From assembly GCA_963748015.1 (NCBI GenBank), contig CAVVHE010000008.1:670070-734069 (forward strand): 64,000 nucleotides of DNA, given 5' to 3'. The notes beneath the pieces are model-generated. The model did no database searches. It was not told the DNA's origin and saw only the letters and a list, made by a program, of their open reading frames with translations. Positions 53,510 through 62,554 of this stretch are shown here, one piece after another. A program made the translations under genes and the position numbers. Position 1 is the stretch's first letter. Every line of letters starts with the position of its first letter. The stretch is from Terriglobia bacterium. GTDB taxonomy: Bacteria; Acidobacteriota; Polarisedimenticolia; Polarisedimenticolales; JAIQFR01.

Positions 53510-54748
53510 CGGCGTGACGGGCCGCTCCAGGATGTCGAAGAACCGCTTCGCGCGGTCCGGGCCGCCGCCGAGGTAGGCCTTCACCAGGTCCTCGCCGGCG
53601 GTGTAGGTGTACTCGTAGGCCCGGTAGGTCTTCGCGAACGCGATCGACTTCCGCGCGCGGGCCTCGTCCTCCAGCCCGTAGCGGCGCAGGAAAGCCAGGA
53701 CCTCCGTCTCGCTCTTCTCCTCGTCGAGGAGCATCCGCGCGGCCTCTCCGGAGACGTACCGGAGCGGCTCCATCGCCTTGCGCACCTCCTCCGCCTTCTC
53801 GAAGTCGAGGCCGGTGAGGCCGGCGATGGGCGCCAGGACTTCCCTCTCGAAGGCGAGCCGCTCGGCGTCGGTCATGACCAGCTCGATCCCGGCGTTCGCG
53901 GTCCCCTCCGAGATCACCGAGTTCGGCGAGAACAGCGGGGCCACCGTGAACTCCTTCCAGCCCTTGCCCCGGACCAGCTTCTGCTCCACGAGGGCGTTAT
54001 AGGTGTGGTGCCCGGGGTACCCCTCGTGCGCCAGCGTGCTCAGGAGCGACACGAGGTTCACCGGCAGGTCGGTGTTCACGTCGATCAGGCTCGACAGGTT
54101 TCCCTGGTACCAGTTGTAGGCGCCCCACGGCTTGCCGGCCACGAGGGAGACGCGGAACGACTCGCCCGGGGGAAGCTGGACCATGGTCGAGGTGCGGCGG
54201 CGCAGTTCGGCAAGACAGGCGTCGGCGACCTTCGGCAGGCGATCCGGGGGCACGGTGAACTTGTCCCGGAATCCCTTGAGGCGCGCGGCGAGATCTCCTT
54301 CCCCCGGCAGCAGCGCCTCGAGGCGGGTCATGGCGGCCTCGAGCTCCTGCGGGCGCGGGGCCGGCGGCGCGATGTCGTAGAGGAGGCGGGCCTCGTCGGC
54401 GAGGGTCAGCCGTTCTCCCGAGAGGCGGCGCAGGAACGCCTCCACGGACACGAGCTGTTTCTCGAGGGAATCGCGCCGGTCCGAAGGGGCCGCCGCCCGT
54501 ACTCGCGCGAGCAGCTCCCGCGTCCGGCCAAGCAACTCGTTCAGGGGAACGGGGTTGCCCTTTCGCGCGGCTTCCTCCCAAGCCTTCGGCCCGTAGTAGG
54601 CGTCCACGTAGTCCGCGTCGTGCCGGCCGATCGCGAGCGCCAGCTTGACGTACTCCTCCGCGGAAGCATCGAGCGGATCGCGGGGGGCGCAGCCCGCGAG
54701 CAGCGCGGCGGCGGCCGCGACGACGACGACGAACGGCATCGAGCGCAT
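53483..54748 (-). CDS. DUF885-like lipoprotein (putative metallopeptidase fold)
   Basis: Lipobox LLAGCAP. HEGYPGHH motif (HExxPGH of DUF885). Confidence 0.7.
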   Translation of the reverse strand: MRSMPFVVVVAAAAALLAGCAPRDPLDASAEEYVKLALAIGRHDADYVDAYYGPKAWEEAARKGNPVPLNELLGRTRELLARVRAAAPSDRRDSLEKQLVSVEAFLRRLSGERLTLADEARLLYDIAPPAPRPQELEAAMTRLEALLPGEGDLAARLKGFRDKFTVPPDRLPKVADACLAELRRRTSTMVQLPPGESFRVSLVAGKPWGAYNWYQGNLSSLIDVNTDLPVNLVSLLSTLAHEGYPGHHTYNALVEQKLVRGKGWKEFTVAPLFSPNSVISEGTANAGIELVMTDAERLAFEREVLAPIAGLTGLDFEKAEEVRKAMEPLRYVSGEAARMLLDEEKSETEVLAFLRRYGLEDEARARKSIAFAKTYRAYEYTYTAGEDLVKAYLGGGPDRAKRFFDILERPVTPSMLRAQSR

Positions 54749-54871
54749 CCTGGATCCCTCCCCGGAGAAGACTACCCGCCGCGGGCCCGCGGATCAATCC
54801 GTCGCGCGAGCCAGGCTTCCAACCGATCGGCGCGGCGTGTAGGATCCCCTGAAGAGAGGGGAGGGCAGCGC

Positions 54872-56578
54872 ATGGAAGCACCCTGGTGCCGTTTCCGCGA
54901 CAAGGGCGTTCCCGGTACGATCGACATTCCGGACTGGACGGTCCCCGATCTCCTCGATCGCGCCGCGGAGAAGTTCGCGGACCACATTGCCCTCCAGTTC
55001 CACGTGGACGCCAAGCTCTCTCCGTCGTCCATGACCTACCGGCAGCTACACGACCAGACCCTGCGCTTCGCAACCGCGCTGTTCCAGCTCGGCGTGCGCA
55101 AGGGGGACCGGGTCGCGATCATGTTGCCGAACTGCCCGCAGTTCGTCGTGGCGTTCTTCGGGGCGCTGCGCTTAGGCGCGATCGTGGTGAACACGAACCC
55201 CCTCTACGTCTCCCGGGAGATGCGCGAGCAGTTCGAGGACTCCGCGTGCGAGACGGTCATCCTCCTCGACCAGTTCTTCCCGCGGCTCCGGGAGATCCAG
55301 GCGGCTACGCGCATCCGCCGGGTGATCGTCGTGGACGTGGCGGGCACGCTGCCGTGGCCGGCGCGCACGCTGGTGCACCTGGTGCAGCGCAAGCGCGGCG
55401 AGTACGTGAAGATCCACCGCCAGTCGGACATCTACCACTTCTCGCACCTCCTCGCGAAGTACCCCGCGAGCCCTCCGGGCGCGTCGCTTCGCCCTTCCGA
55501 CACGGCGGTCTTCCAGTACACCGGCGGGACCACGGGGGTGCCGAAGGCCGCGATGCTGACCCACCGGAACCTCGTGGCGAACGCCCTGCAGCTCGAGGCG
55601 CTCTTCGCCGGCTTCGAGCCCGGGAAGGAGGTCTTCATGGCCGCCGTCCCGTTCTTCCACGTCTACGGGATGACGACCTGCATGGTCCTCGCGACGCACC
55701 TCGGGGCGGAGATCGCGATCATCCCGAGGCCGCGCCCGGTGGAGCTCGTCATGCACGTGGTGCAGAAGCGGCGGGCGACCGTGTTCCCGGGGGTCCCGAC
55801 CCTCTACAACGCCATCAACCACCACCCCCGCGTGAACGACTTCGACCTGCGCAGCGTGAAGTTCTGCGTCAGCGGCGCGGCCCCGCTCCCCAAGGAGGTG
55901 CAGGACAGCTTCGAGAAGCTGACGGGGGGCAAGCTTGTCGAGGGATACGGCCTAACCGAGGCGTCGCCGGTCACTCACGCGAACCCGATCTACGGCATGC
56001 GGAAGGCGGGGAGCATCGGGATCCCGGTCCCCGGGGTGGACGCCAGGATCGTGGACCCCGAGACTCGCGAGCCGATGCCGCCGGGGCAGGACGGCGAGCT
56101 GGCGGTCCGCGGGCCGCAGGTCATGAAGGGGTACTGGAACCGTCCCATCGAGACCGCCTCGGCGATCGCGGACGACTGGCTCCTGACCGGGGACATCGCC
56201 CGGATGGACGAGGACGGCTACTTCTACATCGTGGACCGCAAGAAGGAGATGATCGACGTCTCCGGGTTCAAGGTCCTTCCTCGCGAGGTCGAGGAGGTGC
56301 TGTACATGCACCCGAAGGTGTTCGAGGCCGTCGCGGCGGGCGTCCCGGACCCGCACCGCGGCGAGACCGTGAAGGCGTGGGTCGTCCTCAAGGAGGGGCA
56401 GCAGGCGACCGCCGACGAGATCATCGACTTCTGCAAGCTGCACTTGGCACCCTTCAAGATCCCCCGGCACGTGGAGTTCCGCTCCGAGCTTCCCAAGACC
56501 ATGGTCGGGAAGTTCCTGCGGCGGGTGCTGGTCGAGGAAGAGAAGGCTAAGCTCGAGGGCGGCGCGAGCGTCACCTAG
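54872..56578 (+). CDS. fadD: Long-chain-fatty-acid--CoA ligase (AMP-forming acyl-CoA synthetase)
   Basis: AMP-binding motif FQYTGGTTGVPKAAMLTH. GYGLTEASP, TGDIARMDEDGYFYIVDRKK, and the C-terminal PKTMVGKFLRR. Confidence 0.9.
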   Translation: MEAPWCRFRDKGVPGTIDIPDWTVPDLLDRAAEKFADHIALQFHVDAKLSPSSMTYRQLHDQTLRFATALFQLGVRKGDRVAIMLPNCPQFVVAFFGALRLGAIVVNTNPLYVSREMREQFEDSACETVILLDQFFPRLREIQAATRIRRVIVVDVAGTLPWPARTLVHLVQRKRGEYVKIHRQSDIYHFSHLLAKYPASPPGASLRPSDTAVFQYTGGTTGVPKAAMLTHRNLVANALQLEALFAGFEPGKEVFMAAVPFFHVYGMTTCMVLATHLGAEIAIIPRPRPVELVMHVVQKRRATVFPGVPTLYNAINHHPRVNDFDLRSVKFCVSGAAPLPKEVQDSFEKLTGGKLVEGYGLTEASPVTHANPIYGMRKAGSIGIPVPGVDARIVDPETREPMPPGQDGELAVRGPQVMKGYWNRPIETASAIADDWLLTGDIARMDEDGYFYIVDRKKEMIDVSGFKVLPREVEEVLYMHPKVFEAVAAGVPDPHRGETVKAWVVLKEGQQATADEIIDFCKLHLAPFKIPRHVEFRSELPKTMVGKFLRRVLVEEEKAKLEGGASVT

Positions 56579-56656
56579 CCCAGCGCGCGGCCGTGCAGGG
56601 GTCCCCGTCGCCTCGGGCATTGTCGCCGCGGGGTGATCCACGGACGATCGCGGGAA

Positions 56657-56689
56657 AGCGACGGCAACCGTCTTTCGGTTGCCGTCGCT
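56657..56689. terminator. 14-bp perfect hairpin between convergent genes
   Basis: AGCGACGGCAACCG-TCTTT-CGGTTGCCGTCGCT, 7 nt downstream of the minus-strand porin stop. Only a weak U-tract (TTT on the minus strand). Confidence 0.5.
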
Positions 56690-56695
56690 CGCCGT

Positions 56696-57907
56696 TCAGA
56701 ACGCGAAGTCGAGACGCAGGGTGAAGTAGTCCTCGGTGGCGTCGGGCAGGTTCGTTGCCCGGTAGCTCGTGGTGCGGTTCGAGTACTCGACGTGCAGGGC
56801 GATCTGGTCCTCGAAGTAGTAGCGGAGGCCGGCGGTGTAACGCGTGAGGGAGTCCTCGATGGAGACGTCGGGAGGGCTCACCCAGTCGTAGCGCGCGAAG
56901 CAGACGAAGTCGGTCCGCGGCTGGTAGAGGAGCTCGCCGAAGCCGCCGGAGTAGGTGGGGTCGCTCGTGGCTCCGGGCCAGAAGACCTTGCTGTCCTCGG
57001 CGTAGAGGTACTGGAGGGAGAGGTTCACCTGCCTGAAGTTGAGGCTCGCGTCGAGGCCGTAGCGCGTGAAGGTCTCCCGCGAGTCGGGTCCCTCGACGAT
57101 CCACGGACGGGCCTTACCCTGGTACGCGATCACCCCGAGCCGGTGACCGGCGGTCTGTCCCTCGCCGGCGCCGATCACGGCGTCGAACCGCGCGTAGAAG
57201 TCCGAAGGGGAGTCGTCCGACTGGCTGCTGTTCGATCCGTCGAGGATGCCCGCGGCGTAGTGAAGCCCCTTCCCTCCTCGCCCGAAGACCTCGATGCCGG
57301 TCTGCGTCTCGGAGAGCGGGATGCCGTCCGCGAACGTGTAGTCGTAGATCTCGTACGGGGAGACGGTGAGCCGGCGCTTCACGCTGAAGCCCACTAAATC
57401 CGGCTCGAACCGGCCCGCGCGGACGTTGAGCCAGCTCGAGCGGGCAAGGCGCGCGAAGACGGCGTTGGCCGACTCGAGCGTTCCTTCCTGGGGCGCGACG
57501 CCGCGGGTCCCCTCGTTGATCTGGGGCGTGTACACCGCGAAGTAGCCCACGTTCGAGCCGAGCAGGCCGGCCGAGAGGATGTCGAGCCCCTCGAGGCGGA
57601 ACTCATTGACGTCGGAGGCGTCGGAGTTGTTGAACGAGTCGTAGACGTAGCCCGCGCTGGTCCGGAGCGCGATCGGCGTGGGACTGTTCAGCACCGTGCG
57701 CTCCTCGTTCTCGCGGCCCGGGAGGCGGTAGCCGTTCTCGCGGTAGTTCGAGCCGAAATCGTTGAGCCGCGGGAAGGCGGAATGGCACATCGTGCAGTTG
57801 AACCCGTACTTCCGGGCGAACGCCGGGATGGCGCGGGATTCCCCCGGCCAGGCCACGGCGAGCAGCACCAGGGCGAGGAGCGGAACGGAGAGAGCCGCGC
57901 GCTTCAT
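56696..57907 (-). CDS. Fused mono-haem cytochrome c / outer-membrane beta-barrel protein (Cyc2-like)
   Basis: Signal peptide MKRAALSVPLLALVLLAVAWPGESRA. Then IPAFARKYGFNCTMCHSAFPRLNDFG with a single CxxCH (nt 57782-57796). ~360 aa of alternating beta-strand-like sequence ending ...FTLRLDFAF. The ATG overlaps the upstream peroxidase stop. Confidence 0.65.
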   Translation of the reverse strand: MKRAALSVPLLALVLLAVAWPGESRAIPAFARKYGFNCTMCHSAFPRLNDFGSNYRENGYRLPGRENEERTVLNSPTPIALRTSAGYVYDSFNNSDASDVNEFRLEGLDILSAGLLGSNVGYFAVYTPQINEGTRGVAPQEGTLESANAVFARLARSSWLNVRAGRFEPDLVGFSVKRRLTVSPYEIYDYTFADGIPLSETQTGIEVFGRGGKGLHYAAGILDGSNSSQSDDSPSDFYARFDAVIGAGEGQTAGHRLGVIAYQGKARPWIVEGPDSRETFTRYGLDASLNFRQVNLSLQYLYAEDSKVFWPGATSDPTYSGGFGELLYQPRTDFVCFARYDWVSPPDVSIEDSLTRYTAGLRYYFEDQIALHVEYSNRTTSYRATNLPDATEDYFTLRLDFAF

Positions 57908-58944
57908 CGTGCACCTCCCTGCGAGGGCGAGTCCTCCGGCAGTGCCGGCTTCTTGATCGCGGGCAGGGTACCGGTGAGAGCCTCCATGAACGCCACGAGA
58001 TCGGCCTTCTCGCTCGCGGTCAGCCTGAGCGGCAGCATGAGCGGGTCGAGATCGGGGTTCGCCTCCCCGCCGCGATCGTAGACCCCGACCACGTCCATGA
58101 GCGTCTTCGCCGAGCCGTCGTGGAGGTAGGGGCCGGTGAGGGCGACGTTGCGCAGCCCGGGGGTCTTGAACTTCCCGCGGTCCGCGGGATTCTTCGTGTG
58201 GGCCTCGCGGCCGAGATCGGGATTGGGCTTGCCCATCCCGACGCCGAGGTTGTGGAAGGACTGGTCGGAGAACGCCGGGCCGCTGTGGCAGGGCGTGCAG
58301 TGGGCCTTGCCGTTGAAGAGATTCATTCCCCGGACGGCGGCCGCGCTCATCGCGCTCTTCTCGCCGAGGAGGTACCGGTCGTAGGGGGACGGGCCGGAAA
58401 CGACCGTGCGCTCGAAGGCGGCGATCGCCTTGGCGATCCCGTCGGTGTCCACGTCGGTCCCGAAGACCTCCTTGAACTGGGCGCGGTAGCCGGGGATCGC
58501 GTTGAGCTTCTTCACCACGTTCTCGAGGGTCTCGCCCATCTCGATCGGGTTGTGGATCGGCCCGAGGGCCTGCTCCTCGAGGGAGCCCGCTCGGCCGTCC
58601 CAGAACTGGAATCGCATGTAGGCGGAGTCGAGGATCGTACCGGAGTTCCTCCCGCCGACCTGCCCCTTGATCCCCGTGTCGGTCGGGTCGTGGTTCGCCC
58701 ACGCGGCGTCGGGTTTGTGGCACGTGGCGCAGCTGATCGTGTTGTCCGCGGAGAGCCGCGGGTCGAAGTAGAGCTGGGCCCCGAGACGGACCTTGGCGTC
58801 GGTCTGCGGGTTGTCCGGCGGCACCGGGACGGGGGGTAGCGGGCCGTTCGAAAGGAACCCGCCCCCGGCGTGGGCCGCCGGCAACCGGGCCGCGGCGGCC
58901 AGGAGAAGCGCGGCGAGCAGGACAACCGGAACACGTCGTCGCAT
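57904..58944 (-). CDS. Di-haem cytochrome c peroxidase (CCP/MauG family)
   Basis: Signal peptide. Two CxxCH motifs (CATCH, CTPCH). FWDGRA, GPIHNPIEMG, KFKTPGLRNV, PYLHDGS blocks of bacterial CCPs. Confidence 0.9.
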   Translation of the reverse strand: MRRRVPVVLLAALLLAAAARLPAAHAGGGFLSNGPLPPVPVPPDNPQTDAKVRLGAQLYFDPRLSADNTISCATCHKPDAAWANHDPTDTGIKGQVGGRNSGTILDSAYMRFQFWDGRAGSLEEQALGPIHNPIEMGETLENVVKKLNAIPGYRAQFKEVFGTDVDTDGIAKAIAAFERTVVSGPSPYDRYLLGEKSAMSAAAVRGMNLFNGKAHCTPCHSGPAFSDQSFHNLGVGMGKPNPDLGREAHTKNPADRGKFKTPGLRNVALTGPYLHDGSAKTLMDVVGVYDRGGEANPDLDPLMLPLRLTASEKADLVAFMEALTGTLPAIKKPALPEDSPSQGGAR

Positions 58945-59095
58945 CAGACCCCCTTTTCCCTCGCGGCCGGGATCCGTCGTCGCGGCTGCCCGGCCGGCAG
59001 GATGCGCTGGGCCGTCGAGGAAGGCCCGACGGCGAATGGGGGCGATTCTATCAACGACGACGACCGCGGAGAAGATCGGGAGCAGAAGAAAAGGA

Positions 59096-60214
59096 TCAGC
59101 CGGCGATGGGATGGAGGCCGAACAGCCTCCCGGCGAGGACTCTTCGCCGGAGGACGGGGACCCCGATGACGGCGGGCACCACGACGGGAAGAAGGGGACG
59201 AACGGCGGTCGCCGCCGCGCGCCGGATGCGCCCCGGCCTGCCGTAGCGGGCGAGGACGCGGGTCACGTAGGGGGAAAGCGTTTCGCGAGAGATGCCCCCG
59301 CCCGAGCGGAGCGCTTCGAGGATCGTCGCGGCGGCATCGAGGCCGGTCTCGATCGCGGTGCGGATACCCTCGCCGGAGACCCGCGCCGCGAAGCCTCCGG
59401 CGTCCCCCACGAGAAGCCATCGGTCTCCGGCCGTTCCTGCCGCGCCGCCCGGGTCGTAAACGCGGTACGCGTGGCCGCGGGCGCGTTCGAGGAACTTCGC
59501 ATCCAGGACTCCCCGGCGCTCGAGGCCGGCGAGCAGCCCGTTCCACCGCGACCGCACGTCGCCGTAAAAGCCTCCGATGCCGGCGTTGAGGTACTCGCCC
59601 TTGGCCACGACCCAGGCGTATCCGCGTAGGTCCGCCTGGACGATCAGCTCCATCCTCCCGGACAGCGGCCCCTTTGCCAGCGCCGGACCGATGCGAGTCT
59701 CGCTCTCGATCGCCGCGACCACGGGGTCGCTGCGCCGGAAGCCGGCCCGCCGCGCCAGCGGGCAGAAGTGGCCCCCGGCCCCGACGGCGACGGGGGCCCG
59801 CCACGTGCGACCCCCGGCCTCGGCCTCGACCCCGTCCTCGCGGAGCTCGACGCGCTCGACGCCGGCGCGCTCGACGACCGCGGCCCCGGCCGTTGCCGCC
59901 TCCCGGAGGATCCGGTGGTCGAACTCCCTGCGCAGGATGCCGAAGCTGACGGTCTCGCCGAAGTCGGTCTCCCGCGTCGTCGAGCCCGACCGCACGACGA
60001 GGCCGCGAAAGGGCTGGAGGGTCCCCTCGTAGTCCTCGGCGCGCCAGCCGAGCAGGGGAAGCACCTCGGGGGTGATCCAGCCGGCGCACGGCTTGGGGCG
60101 GGGGAACGCCGCCCGGTCGAGCAGGGCGACGGCCACCCCCGCGCGGGCCAGCTCGCGGGCGCAGGTGGCGCCGGCGGGGCCGCCGCCTACGACGAGGACG
60201 TCGGGCGAGCTCAC
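59096..60214 (-). CDS. FAD-dependent oxidoreductase of the geranylgeranyl-reductase family
   Basis: GTG start overlaps the upstream stop (GTGA). DVLVVGGGPAGATCARELARAG (dinucleotide fold), PKPCAGWI, LVGDAGGF. Confidence 0.8.
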   Translation of the reverse strand: MSSPDVLVVGGGPAGATCARELARAGVAVALLDRAAFPRPKPCAGWITPEVLPLLGWRAEDYEGTLQPFRGLVVRSGSTTRETDFGETVSFGILRREFDHRILREAATAGAAVVERAGVERVELREDGVEAEAGGRTWRAPVAVGAGGHFCPLARRAGFRRSDPVVAAIESETRIGPALAKGPLSGRMELIVQADLRGYAWVVAKGEYLNAGIGGFYGDVRSRWNGLLAGLERRGVLDAKFLERARGHAYRVYDPGGAAGTAGDRWLLVGDAGGFAARVSGEGIRTAIETGLDAAATILEALRSGGGISRETLSPYVTRVLARYGRPGRIRRAAATAVRPLLPVVVPAVIGVPVLRRRVLAGRLFGLHPIAG

Positions 60215-60645
60215 CGCGGGGACGCCCGCCTCGCGGCAAGCGCCAGCGCCCGCCGCGGGCCGAGCAGCCGGAGCGCGAGCATGGCGGCCGGCGACGGCCG
60301 CCAGTGGGCGAAGAACCCCTTGATCGCCATCACGCAAAGAAGGTCCCCCTCGATCCGCAACCGCCCGTCCGCGTACGCCCGCCCCCACTCGTCGAGGGGC
60401 GCGGCGAGGAGCTCCTCGAAGGCGCGCTCCTCGAGGCGGATCGTGGCGTCGGGCCGGGGGTCGAGGCGGCTCTCGATCGACCAGCGGTCCGGGTCGCGGA
60501 AATCGAGGCGCCACGGCTCGACCGACCCGTCCGCCTTCTCGATCGCGAACTGGAGGCACGAGCCGGTGTAGCCCGCCAGGTGCGGGTGCTCCCGGACCAC
60601 CGAGGGAAGCAGCGTCCCGAAGAACAGCCGAGCGGTCTCGCTCAT
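60211..60645 (-). CDS. SCP2 (sterol carrier protein 2)-like lipid-binding domain protein
   Basis: 144 aa. ...CLQFAIEKADGSVEPWRLDF...ATIRLEERAFEELLAAPLDEWGRAYADGRLRIEGDLLCVMAIKGFF matches the SCP2 pattern. The ATG overlaps the upstream stop (ATGA). Confidence 0.7.
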   Translation of the reverse strand: MSETARLFFGTLLPSVVREHPHLAGYTGSCLQFAIEKADGSVEPWRLDFRDPDRWSIESRLDPRPDATIRLEERAFEELLAAPLDEWGRAYADGRLRIEGDLLCVMAIKGFFAHWRPSPAAMLALRLLGPRRALALAARRASPR

Positions 60646-61544
60646 GGCTCGAGGACCATCGCGCGCCTCGTGAGCGGCCGCTCGGGGCGCGCCGAGTAGG
60701 GAACGAACGGGCGGGCGAGGATCTGGTAGACGTGGTTGTGGTTGCCGGCGAACGACTTCGCGGAGCCCGCGAGGTAGAGCTTGTAGTACCGGATCGTGGC
60801 CCGGTCCGCGATCCCTTCCGCCACGAGCTTCTCCTCGGCGGCCTCGAGGTTCCGGAGCCAGCGCTCGCAGGTGAGGGCGTAGTGGTCCGTCAGGGACTCC
60901 ACGTCGAGCACCTCGAAATCCTCCTCCTCGAGGGCCGCGACGTGGTAACCGAGCGGCTTCAGCTCGCCCACCGGGAAGATGTAGGTCTTGAGGAACTCCC
61001 AGCTCCCCGTACCGGGGAGCTTCTCCACGGGGCGCGGCGTCATGATCGAGTGGAGGAGCACGAGCCCGCCGGGCCGCGTGTACTCCCGCAGGCGGCGGAA
61101 GAACGGGGGCTTGTCCTCCACGTGCTCGCTCATGCCGATCACCGCGACCTTGTCCCAGGGCCGGTCCACGGGGAGACTCGCCCCGTCGGCCTCTACGACC
61201 TCGACGCGGCCGCCGAGACCCCGCCGTTCCACCTCGGTCCGGATGTGGCGAACTTGCTCCTCCGCGAGGTTGACCGCGGTCACGGCGCAGCCTCGCTCCT
61301 CCGCGGCGTGGAACGCGAAGTTCCCCCAGCCGCAGCCGAGGTCGAGCACTCGGTCGCCCGGCTCGAGTTCGAGCTTGCGCGCGACGAGCTCCAGCTTGTG
61401 CCTCGCCGCCTCCTCGAGCGATTCGTCCGGGCGCATGAAGTAGCAGCAGGTGTACGTGAGCGTCGGCCCGTCGAGGAACGCTCGAAAGAAGTCGTTCGAC
61501 AGCGAGTAGTGGTGGTCGAGGCCTTCCTTCAGCTTGGCGGCCAT
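60642..61544 (-). CDS. Cyclopropane-fatty-acyl-phospholipid synthase family SAM-dependent methyltransferase
   Basis: HYSLSNDFFRAFLDGPTLTYTCCYF, SAM motif VLDLGCGWG, IGMSEHV, ...HNHVYQIL, typical of the CMAS family. Confidence 0.9.
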   Translation of the reverse strand: MAAKLKEGLDHHYSLSNDFFRAFLDGPTLTYTCCYFMRPDESLEEAARHKLELVARKLELEPGDRVLDLGCGWGNFAFHAAEERGCAVTAVNLAEEQVRHIRTEVERRGLGGRVEVVEADGASLPVDRPWDKVAVIGMSEHVEDKPPFFRRLREYTRPGGLVLLHSIMTPRPVEKLPGTGSWEFLKTYIFPVGELKPLGYHVAALEEEDFEVLDVESLTDHYALTCERWLRNLEAAEEKLVAEGIADRATIRYYKLYLAGSAKSFAGNHNHVYQILARPFVPYSARPERPLTRRAMVLEP

Positions 61545-61711
61545 GACACCCTCCGACCCGGAATTGCCTCCAATCTACCACGGGACCGTCTCGCCGTTCG
61601 CGTCCTCGCGGGCCGGAGACGTCGAGCCGTGGCGCGGAGGAACGGGGCGAGGGGTTATCCTGCGGTCGCCCGGATTCGATGACGACCGGCCCCGCGCCGA
61701 GAGGAGAGACC

Positions 61712-62152
61712 ATGAAGACCGTCATCGTCGTCGTGCTGGCCTCGCTGGCCAATGCCGTGGGAGAGGTGCTCGTGAGCCAGGGGATGAAGCGCTTCGGCGA
61801 GCGCGATTGGTCGCAGCCATCGGAGTGGCTCGAGCTGCTGCTGGTGGTGTTGCGGAGCCCACGCGTCCTGGCCGGGGTGGCGTTCATGGCGGGGTTCTTC
61901 TACCTCTTCCTCGCCGCACTCACCTGGGCCGATCTGAGCTACCTGAACCCCCTGACCGCCACGACCTACGTCTTCACCGCGGCGTTCGCCCGGCTGTTCC
62001 TGGGCGAGGAGCTTTCGTGGAGACGGTGGGTCGGCACGATCATCGTCGTCGCCGGCGTCGCCCTGATCTCGCTCGACACCCCCGCCACCAAGGGGCTGTA
62101 CGGTCGCGTGGATCCGCCCTCGATGCGGCAGGGAGCATCGTCCTCTCGGTGA
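61712..62152 (+). CDS. Small EamA/DMT-like membrane protein
   Basis: GGAGAGACC-ATG. 146 aa with 4 TM segments. ...FLGEELSWRRWVGTIIVVAGVALIS (EamA-type C-terminal helix). Confidence 0.65.
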   Translation: MKTVIVVVLASLANAVGEVLVSQGMKRFGERDWSQPSEWLELLLVVLRSPRVLAGVAFMAGFFYLFLAALTWADLSYLNPLTATTYVFTAAFARLFLGEELSWRRWVGTIIVVAGVALISLDTPATKGLYGRVDPPSMRQGASSSR

Positions 62153-62554
62153 GCCCGGCGCGACTTGCCGGAGCGGCGGAAAGGGCCTGTTTTGGCTGAG
62201 AAAGCCCGCCGCATTTTTCGCCTTGATTTCGCCGTAATTTTTCGAGGTCTTGGATTGATCCAAAACGATGGATTCAATTGTGGCCAAGAAAGGGTCGGTA
62301 TGAGAGGGGAAGGAGAAGAATAGATCTGTTCAAATCGCTGACCTGTAATGATTTACTCGACAAGTGCCGATCCGATGGCGAGATGGGCAACCGGCTTGCA
62401 ACGGCGGAACCGGGGGGCAAAGCCCCTGAAAATGTGTCGGCGACCCGGGCCGGAGCTCCGCGTGCAGTTCCGCTCCGCTTGGGCGCCGCAGGAACGGAAC
62501 AGGCAAGGCCAGGAATCACCCGAAAATCGGGGAGGAAAAAGGAGGCAGCGGGTA

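Noticed and set aside
62328-62336. GTTCAAATC, resembling a tRNA T-loop, in the GC-poor intergenic region (possible tRNA or att remnant)
   Set aside because: The flanking bases cannot form a T-stem, no acceptor or anticodon arms can be drawn, and no integrase is nearby.
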